Source of the DNA: Desulfosudis oleivorans Hxd3
GTDB lineage: Bacteria > Desulfobacterota > Desulfobacteria > Desulfobacterales > Desulfosudaceae
Direction of reading: 5' to 3'
NCBI RefSeq assembly: GCF_000018405.1
Contig: NC_009943.1
Location: forward strand, 353,255 to 385,254
Length of the DNA: 32,000 bases
Made by a program: the position numbers and the translations under genes. Shown in pieces: positions 17,018 to 23,437 of this stretch. The notes under the pieces are model-generated. The model made no database searches. It was not told the DNA's origin and worked only from the letters and a program-made list of their open reading frames with translations. Within the stretch, counting starts at the first letter, position 1, and each line of letters starts with the position of its first letter.

Positions 17018-18265
17018 GTGGCCCGGTCAACAAGGAGCGTGAACGTGAAGAAGCTGGGACGCCTTTTTTTCCCTTCCGGCATGATTGCCCTGGCAATCAT
17101 CATACTGCTGTGGGCGGACGGAACCCGTGAATCTGTTTTACGGTTTTCCGAAACGATTTTTATTGCCACGCTGGTGCCGGCCCTGTTTTTTTCCCTGCGG
17201 CTGGGCAGAAGCAACCATTTTTTCACGGTCCTTGTGCTGGCCGGCCTGGCCGGGGCCGCGGCCCTTCTGGTGCCGGCCACTTTTTCGTCCGCCACGGCCC
17301 AACAGCGGTTTTATTATCATGCGGCAGCCGTCCTGGCACCGCTGCATTTCGTTCTGTTCGCCTGGTGGCATGAGCGGGGCCTTCTCAACATGTGGGGGCT
17401 TTCCCGCCTGATCTGGATCGGCCTGGTGCCCGCGGCCGCGGCGGCCGCCTGCAGGGTTCCCGACATCATCCATCACCCCGGCCTGGCACGGTTTGTTTTT
17501 CACCGCGCGCTTTCAGGATTCCCGGATGTTCCCCTGGTTCCCCTGATTGCAGCCCTGCTGGCCCTGATGCTTCTCCTGGTCATGTACCTGCGTGACCCCT
17601 CTCCGGCCCGGGACGGTTTTTTCTGGGCAACAGCAATTGTATCCGCCGGTTTTCTCTTTCAGAAAGGCCCTGTGGTGCTTCAACTGGCGGCCTCCGGGGC
17701 CATTGTGGTGCTGCTGGTCTCCATGGTGGAAACCGGGCACTTTTTTGCCTACCGGGACGAGCTGACCGGCCTGCCGTCCCGCAGGGCCCTGAATGAAAAG
17801 CTGCAGGCCCTGGGTCGGACCTACACCATTGCCATGGTGGATGTGGATCATTTCAAGCGGTTTAACGACCGGTACGGCCATGACGTGGGCGACGAGGTGC
17901 TGAAAAAGGTGGCCGCGGCCCTCAAAAGAGCCGGGGGAAACGCCTACCGGTTCGGCGGGGAGGAGTTTACCCTTGTTTTTCCGGGAAAAGCCCTGGCCCA
18001 GGGAAAAGCGGCGGCGGAAGCAGCCCGGAACGCGGTGAGCCGGTCCGCCTTTACCATTCGAAGCCCGGCCCGGAAGAAAAAAGACGGCAGCGCCCCGGAA
18101 AAGGCAACGCCGGGAAAGCGAAAGCGCGTGTCTGTAACGGTCAGCATCGGCCTGGCCCAGCGGTCGTCACGCCACACCACCCCCGACGCCGTGATCAAGG
18201 CGGCGGACCGGGCCCTTTACAGGGCCAAGAAGAACGGCCGCAACCGAACCGAAACCGCCCCATGA
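17018..18265 (+). CDS. Membrane-bound diguanylate cyclase (multi-TM N-terminal domain plus GGDEF domain)
   Basis: C-terminal RDELTGLPSRRAL...VDVDHFKRFNDRYGHDVGDEVL...RFGGEEF (GGEEF active site). N-terminal ~240 aa are hydrophobic. AAGGAG at 17032-17037 suggests the real start is GTG 17039 or 17045. Confidence 0.9.
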   Translation: MARSTRSVNVKKLGRLFFPSGMIALAIIILLWADGTRESVLRFSETIFIATLVPALFFSLRLGRSNHFFTVLVLAGLAGAAALLVPATFSSATAQQRFYYHAAAVLAPLHFVLFAWWHERGLLNMWGLSRLIWIGLVPAAAAAACRVPDIIHHPGLARFVFHRALSGFPDVPLVPLIAALLALMLLLVMYLRDPSPARDGFFWATAIVSAGFLFQKGPVVLQLAASGAIVVLLVSMVETGHFFAYRDELTGLPSRRALNEKLQALGRTYTIAMVDVDHFKRFNDRYGHDVGDEVLKKVAAALKRAGGNAYRFGGEEFTLVFPGKALAQGKAAAEAARNAVSRSAFTIRSPARKKKDGSAPEKATPGKRKRVSVTVSIGLAQRSSRHTTPDAVIKAADRALYRAKKNGRNRTETAP

Positions 18266-18283
18266 CAAGCGCCATGTCAGGGG

Positions 18284-18583
18284 TCAGCGCAGGGCCGTGC
18301 CCAGCACGTACTCCTCGTAGACCGTAGGCCCTTCCTGGTAGACATTGAGCATGACCTCGAATTCGTTGCGCCGGGGATTGTTTTTCCACCGGTGCCAGCT
18401 TTCCATGTCCTGCCAGGTGCCGATGACCACCAGCTTTCGGGGGTCATCGTTCTGCATCAGGGTCTCGCCGGACACATACCCCGGCTGGGACATGGCGGCA
18501 AACCGCAGGTCGTGAAGCAGGGCCAGAATCTCGTCTGTGGCCCCTTGTCTGAAACGGCGCTTGATGATGATTTTTGCCAGCAT
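18284..18583 (-). CDS. ABM (antibiotic-biosynthesis-monooxygenase/Dabb) fold small protein, 99 aa
   Basis: MLAKIIIKRRF...LVVIGTWQDMESWHRW... with GGAAAGGAGAG RBS. The 203-aa ORF-track version (to 18895) runs on into the hexamer repeat and the tandem array and is rejected. Confidence 0.7.
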   Translation of the reverse strand: MLAKIIIKRRFRQGATDEILALLHDLRFAAMSQPGYVSGETLMQNDDPRKLVVIGTWQDMESWHRWKNNPRRNEFEVMLNVYQEGPTVYEEYVLGTALR

Positions 18584-18604
18584 GATATTCTCTCCTTTCC
18601 ACGC

Positions 18605-18664
18605 ATCAAAATCGAAATCAAAATCGAAATCAAAATCGGGATCGCTATCGGTATCGGTATCGAA
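18605..18664. repeat. Hexamer-periodic repeat tract (ATCNNN)x10, locus B
   Basis: ATCAAA ATCGAA ATCAAA ATCGAA ATCAAA ATCGGG ATCGCT ATCGGT ATCGGT ATCGAA. Lies 22-81 nt upstream of the ABM start codon. Confidence 0.92.
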
Positions 18665-18775
18665 CCCGTGTGCGGTGAATTTTAATAGTGTTTCATATTT
18701 TACCAGACATGGTAGGCGGATGCCAGCAGCTACGGCCGGGTGGTTCCTTATGAATAAGAAGGCGGGAAAAGGCCT

Positions 18776-19794
18776 GTTTGTAGTGTGCCCGTAAGGGCAT
18801 CGCAATTGGACAGCCATAGAACGCCTGACGGCGTCACTACAAACCGGGGAAAGTGCGGAGCGAAGAAAATGTTTGTAGTGTGCCCGTAAGGGCATCGAAA
18901 CTGGACAGCCATAGAACGCCTGACGGCGTCACTACAAACCGGGGGATGTGCGGAGCGAAGAAACTGTTTGTAGTGTGCCCGTAAGGGCATCGCGATTGGA
19001 CAGCCGTAGAACGCCTGACGGCGTCACTACGAACCGGGGAAAGTGCGGAGCGAAGAAACTGTTTGTAGTGTGCCCGTAAGGGCATCGCGATTGGACAGCC
19101 GTAGAACGCCTGACGGCGTCACTACGAACCGGGGAAAGTGCGGAGCGAAGAAACTGTTTGTAGTGTGCCCGTAAGGGCATCGAAACTGGACAGCCGTAGA
19201 ACGCCTGACGGCGTCACTACAAACCGGGGAAAGTGCGGAGCGAAGAAACTGTTTGTAGTGTGCCCGTAAGGGCATCGAAACTGGACAGCCATAGAACGCC
19301 TGACGGCGTCACTACGAACCGGGGAAAGTGCGGAGCAAAGAAACTGTTTGTAGTGTGCCCGTAAGGGCATCGCAACTGGACAGCCAAAGAACGCCTGACG
19401 GCGTCACTACGAACCGGGGAAAGTGCGGAGCGAAGAAACTGTTTGTAGTGTGCCCGTAAGGGCATCGCGATTGGACAGCCGTAGAACGCCTGACGGCGTC
19501 ACTACAAACCGGGGAAAGTGCGGAGCGAAGAAAATGTTTGTAGTGTGCCCGTAAGGGCATCGAAACTGGACAGCCGTAGAACGCCTGACGGCGTCACTAC
19601 GAACCGGGGAAAGTGCGGAGCGAAGAAAATGTTTGTAGTGTGCCCGTAAGGGCATCGCAATTGGACAGCCATAGAACGCCTGACGGCGTCACTACGAACC
19701 GGGGGAGGTGCGGAGCGAAGAAACTGTTTGTAGTGTGCCCGTAAGGGCATCGCGATTGGACAGCCGTAGAACGCCTGACGGCGTCACTACAAAC
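18776..19794 (+). repeat. Tandem array: 10 full and 1 truncated copies of a 95-bp unit (69-nt multi-stem hairpin plus 26-nt purine-rich linker). Candidate structured-RNA array; strand assignment is tentative
   Basis: Units start at 18776, 18871, 18966, 19061, 19156, 19251, 19346, 19441, 19536, 19631 and 19726. 85 of 95 positions are invariant. GTTTGTAGTG pairs with CACTAC(A/G)AAC. Inner hairpins are TGCCC-GTAA-GGGCA and ACGCC-TGAC-GGCGT. The + strand has stops in all frames. Confidence 0.95.
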
Positions 19795-19878
19795 ACATTG
19801 AATTACAGGACCATAGCTGTTAGGCTGGCACAAAAAAAGCCCTGTTTTATATAACTGATAGACAATAAAGGATAAACC

Positions 19879-20778
19879 ATGCGAATTGTGACGCGCCCGG
19901 ACTTTGACGGCATTGTGTGCGCGGTCCTGCTTTACGATGTGGCCGACATCACGGCGCCCATTGCCTGGGTGGAGCCCAGCCAGATTCAGAAAAACGAGGT
20001 GAGCATCAAAAAAGGCGACATTCTCGCCAACCTGCCGTTTCATGAGAATTGTTCCCTCTGGTTCGACCACCACCACTCCAACCGGGTGGATGTTCCCTTT
20101 GAAGGGCTTTTCCGGGTGGCGCCGTCCGCCGCCGGGCTGGTGTATGAGTATTACAAAGAGAGGCTGAGCCGGGACTTTTCCGAACTGGTGGCCCAGGCCG
20201 ACAAGATTGATGCCGCGGACTTGTCCGCGGATGAGGTGGCCCGGCCCGAAGATCACCCCTATATCCTGCTCTCCATGACCATTGTCAACCACGACTGGTC
20301 TGAAGCGCCCTACTGGAACCTGCTGGTGGATCTGCTGGGCCGTCTGCCCATTGACCGGGTGATGGCCCATGACGCGGTCCAGGCCCGGTGCCGGCAGACC
20401 ATTGAAGACAACCGGAACCTGGCAGCCCACCTTAAAAAACACACCACCCTTTACGGCCACGTGGCGGTCACCGACTTTCGGGCCTTGGACGTTGCACCCA
20501 CGGGTAACCGGTTTCTGGCCTATTCGCTTTTTCCCGAAGCCGTGGTCAGCGTAAAAATTCGCCATCCGGCCGAAGACCGAAGCCGGGTCATTGTCAGCGT
20601 GGGCCACAGCATCTTCAACCGGGGGTGCAATGTCAACGTGGGGGAGATGCTTTCTCAATTTGAGGGCGGGGGCCACCGCGGGGCCGGGGCCTGCACCTTT
20701 TTGGCAGACAAAGCCGACGACTATATTCCCAGAATCATCGACGTCCTGGTAAAAAACGAGGAAAACGACACTGCGTGA
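19879..20778 (+). CDS. DHH/DHHA1-family phosphoesterase (NrnA/exopolyphosphatase-related)
   Basis: 299 aa. DFDG (motif I), WFDHHHSN (DHH motif) and a C-terminal FEGGGHRGAGA (GGGH of DHHA1). AAGGAT RBS. Confidence 0.85.
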   Translation: MRIVTRPDFDGIVCAVLLYDVADITAPIAWVEPSQIQKNEVSIKKGDILANLPFHENCSLWFDHHHSNRVDVPFEGLFRVAPSAAGLVYEYYKERLSRDFSELVAQADKIDAADLSADEVARPEDHPYILLSMTIVNHDWSEAPYWNLLVDLLGRLPIDRVMAHDAVQARCRQTIEDNRNLAAHLKKHTTLYGHVAVTDFRALDVAPTGNRFLAYSLFPEAVVSVKIRHPAEDRSRVIVSVGHSIFNRGCNVNVGEMLSQFEGGGHRGAGACTFLADKADDYIPRIIDVLVKNEENDTA

Positions 20779-20853
20779 ACCGGTTTTTCTTTACACAGAA
20801 GGTGCGTGGATAAAAAAAGGCAAAGGCCTTCTCTGTGGCCGGTGGCTTTATGC

Positions 20854-20887
20854 AAAAAAAAAAGGGGCTTGTAAAAGCCCCTTTTTT
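20854..20887. terminator. Bidirectional rho-independent terminator between convergent genes
   Basis: A10 run, then GGGGCTT-GTAA-AAGCCCC, then T6. Confidence 0.85.
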
Positions 20888-20906
20888 AAATTCTTTGGTG
20901 TCGGTT

Positions 20907-23369
20907 TTATGGGTACGGGCCCCAGGGAGAGTTCGGAAGATTGGCCTTTTCGTCTTCAATAAAGGGCAGCCACATGTTCAGGGTCGACACGGTCTCACTG
21001 CCGTAAACCAGGGCCGTGGCCCGGTATTCCACCTTGACCCAGGCGGCATTATTTTTCAGATACACATGATCAAACTGGGCCAAGCCGTTTTCGTCGGTGA
21101 CCACGGTGACCGGCACGGCGCCTGCGCACGATTTGGCCGGATCAATGATTCCGTTAAGGGCGGTGTCGTAGGCCCCCTCGCCAAGGACACCAAAATATCT
21201 TGGAGGAAACACACCCCCCCACGTATTGCCGTCGGTGTCTTCTCCGATATCCAGAGAATCGCTGCGATTCAGGTCTTCATTCCAGAATTCGCCGGTAATG
21301 ATCGGCCCGGCATCCGGGTCGGTATAACCTGTGGCGTACTTTGTGGGCCAGAGGCTCAGGGTGACCGTGACACCGGGCACGGCATTACCGCCGGAGTCGT
21401 TGACCAGCACGGACATGGGGTATTTGTAAGCGGCCGGGTTGTTCTCAACCTCTTCGATCACCGTGGCCCCGCCGATGGCCACTGAACTGCCTTCTCCGGA
21501 TATCACCACGGAGACCACGTCGGTGTCCTCTGCCGTGGCAATAACAACCGGGTTCCCTGGGCTTTCATCGGCTTTCAAGGAGTCATCGACCGTCAAAGAC
21601 CCGGCTGCCAAGCCTCCGGTTGTAATCGTATAAGTATCATCATTCTCCTCTGACCCGGAAACCCGGATCGTATCGCCTTCCTTAAAACCGTCTGCAATAA
21701 AACTGCCCCCGGTGTCGCTGCGGGTGATGGTTCCGGTTGCCAGGTCAAAATCAAATACTTTGGCCGGACCGGCGATTGCCGCACCGTCAATGCGCCCCAG
21801 ACATAAGACGCCCTGGGTATTGGAAACCAGGGAGCCGGAATAAAAGTCGGTGGTGGCCACGCCGATAGGCACTCCAGATTCGGGATTGCTAGACGTATAA
21901 ACGATAGGCGGCGAGATATATTCCCCTCCGCCGGTGGTCCGAAATAATGTGAAAATCACCGGCGCGTCCCCCACGACCTGTCCATCCCCGTTTTTCACGG
22001 TTGCCTTGATCGTGGTATTATTGGTGACACCCCCGGAACTTGGGGCAATGGTGGAAGGTGAGACCTGAAGAGTCAGCCTGGTCGCCTCATCGGAAGGCGC
22101 GTAAATCGCCACCTGAAGGGTATCGCTGATGGAGCTGTCCGTGTTATCCTCCACCCGCACAGTGGCAATACCGGCATTGATACCGACATTCAGGGTGCTG
22201 GTGACAGTACCGGTTCCCGCCGCAAGGGTGGCGGATACCTGGTTGTTGATGTCCCATGTTCCCATGGTGGTGACAAACTTAACATCATGGTTGTCCGGGC
22301 TTCTCACGGTAATGGGCAGGGCGGTGCCGGTCTCCTGAGACACGGAGCTGGCCGCAGGACTGGTGATCTCAAAAGGGGTGCCGGAGACCGTGACAGCCTG
22401 ACTGGCGGACGCGCCCAGGGCCGTGGCCGTGATGGTGACACTGCCCGCGTTCTGGCCGGTGACCGTTATGGCAAGGGTTCCATTGGTTGCTGTGGTGCCG
22501 GACGCAGGGGTCAGAGTGACCGTGCCGGACCCGCTCTGGGTCAGGGTTACCTCAGCGCCGGAAATTTCCGTTCCGCCGCCGTCCTTGACCGTGACGGTCA
22601 GGGGTGTGGACTGTGTGCCACCGCTGGCAAGAACGGTTTCGTCAATACTAAGGGACACCGTGGTACCGGTGACCTGAATGGGAATGGTGGCAATCAGGTC
22701 CTGAGCGGTAACCGTGACCGTGACGACCTGGTTGGTCTTGTCATATGTGCCGGAGGTCAGGCTGGTTTCCGCCTGACCGCTGCCATCGGTCATTACATTG
22801 GCTACGCTCAACTGGCCGGCAGCCACGCTGAAATTGACGGCAATGCCTTCAATGGGCACCCGGCTGGCATTAAGCACGGTGGCGGTGATATCGGCCGCGT
22901 CCACTCCGTCGGTGAGAATCGACGTCTGGGATGTGGAAAGAGACAGATAAGCTGCCACCGGTGTGATGGTCAGGGTGGTGGAGCCGGTCACCGATGAGCC
23001 GACAGAGGCGGCAATCGTGGTTGTGCCGGTCTGGCCGGAAGAGGTGAAGGTGGCTGTGGCCACGCCGCTGGCATCGGTATCGGCTGTAGCCGTAATAGTG
23101 CCGTATAGGCTTTCAGCGGAAAAGACAACCGTTGCCCCCACTACAATGGCGCTGTCCTCGTCGGTCACCCTGGCGGTGATTGTTGCGGTTCCGCCTGCCG
23201 AAATAGTGCCGGGCGTTGCGGAAAGAGCAACGGCGGCCGGGTCTGAGCCTGTGGGTACCACCGGTGTGGTTCCGGTTTCCCCTCCGCTGCTGCTGCACCC
23301 TGCCGCGACCAGCAGCAGAACCGCCAGTACCGCACACAATTTAATACCATGGGAAAACAGTATTCTCAT
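20907..23369 (-). CDS. Large surface lipoprotein with about 5-6 bacterial Ig-like (Big/invasin-type) repeats and a ~300-aa C-terminal domain
   Basis: Lipobox LLLVAAGC after the Met at 23369 (the ORF track starts at 23426). Repeated ~90-aa T/S/V/G-rich modules such as GTATITARVTDEDSAIVVGATVVFSA...DASGVATATFTS. Follows pilQ by ~10-70 nt. Confidence 0.8.
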   Translation of the reverse strand: MRILFSHGIKLCAVLAVLLLVAAGCSSSGGETGTTPVVPTGSDPAAVALSATPGTISAGGTATITARVTDEDSAIVVGATVVFSAESLYGTITATADTDASGVATATFTSSGQTGTTTIAASVGSSVTGSTTLTITPVAAYLSLSTSQTSILTDGVDAADITATVLNASRVPIEGIAVNFSVAAGQLSVANVMTDGSGQAETSLTSGTYDKTNQVVTVTVTAQDLIATIPIQVTGTTVSLSIDETVLASGGTQSTPLTVTVKDGGGTEISGAEVTLTQSGSGTVTLTPASGTTATNGTLAITVTGQNAGSVTITATALGASASQAVTVSGTPFEITSPAASSVSQETGTALPITVRSPDNHDVKFVTTMGTWDINNQVSATLAAGTGTVTSTLNVGINAGIATVRVEDNTDSSISDTLQVAIYAPSDEATRLTLQVSPSTIAPSSGGVTNNTTIKATVKNGDGQVVGDAPVIFTLFRTTGGGEYISPPIVYTSSNPESGVPIGVATTDFYSGSLVSNTQGVLCLGRIDGAAIAGPAKVFDFDLATGTITRSDTGGSFIADGFKEGDTIRVSGSEENDDTYTITTGGLAAGSLTVDDSLKADESPGNPVVIATAEDTDVVSVVISGEGSSVAIGGATVIEEVENNPAAYKYPMSVLVNDSGGNAVPGVTVTLSLWPTKYATGYTDPDAGPIITGEFWNEDLNRSDSLDIGEDTDGNTWGGVFPPRYFGVLGEGAYDTALNGIIDPAKSCAGAVPVTVVTDENGLAQFDHVYLKNNAAWVKVEYRATALVYGSETVSTLNMWLPFIEDEKANLPNSPWGPYP

Positions 23370-23437
23370 CTTGGCATGCTCCCTTTTGTTTTCTGTCATA
23401 TCATCGGTACCTGTTTTTCGTAACATTCGTTATCCGC

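Noticed and set aside
18284-18895. 203-aa minus-strand ORF fusing the ABM protein to an N-terminal FDTDTDSDPDFDFDFDFD-containing extension.
   Set aside because: The extension is translation of the hexamer repeat tract and the first array unit. A strong RBS (GGAAAGGAGAG) precedes the internal Met at 18583, which gives a normal 99-aa ABM-fold protein.
18748-19750. Series of 82-aa minus-strand ORFs (MPLRAHYKQFLRSA...) starting every 95 bp through the array.
   Set aside because: They are a by-product of the repeat. Each starts at the ATG inside the hairpin ATGCCCTTACGGGCA, and each overlaps its neighbours by ~154 nt in different frames because 95 is not a multiple of 3. They lack RBSs and have an Arg/Ser/Pro-biased composition. 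Eleven mutually overlapping genes is not credible.
18776-19794. CRISPR array. In AAAC-type units the first 31 nt read GTTTGTAGTGTGCCCGTAAGGGCATCGAAAC, which has the look of a CRISPR repeat (GTTT start, internal hairpin, GAAAC end).
   Set aside because: The 64 nt between these candidate repeats are essentially identical in every unit, so there are no diverse spacers. They also contain the exact complement (CACTACAAAC) of the repeat's 5' end. The GAAAC end is itself one of the polymorphic sites (CAAT/CGAT/CAAC variants). No cas genes or leader-like AT-rich region are visible in the window. An evolutionary origin from a CRISPR repeat cannot be excluded, but it is not a functional conventional array.
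18776-19794. Integron attC array, or a known self-cleaving ribozyme (hammerhead, twister) repeated in tandem.
   Set aside because: attC sites run RYYYAAC...GTTRRRY, whereas the hairpin here runs GTTTGT...ACAAAC. The ACAAAC-to-GTTTGT interval is only 26 nt, with no cassette ORFs and no intI. The hammerhead core CUGANGA...GAAA is not present: the closest match is CUGACGG, with the wrong 7th base and no stem II/GAAA arrangement. I could not match the twister conserved blocks by eye. A covariance-model scan would be the decisive check.
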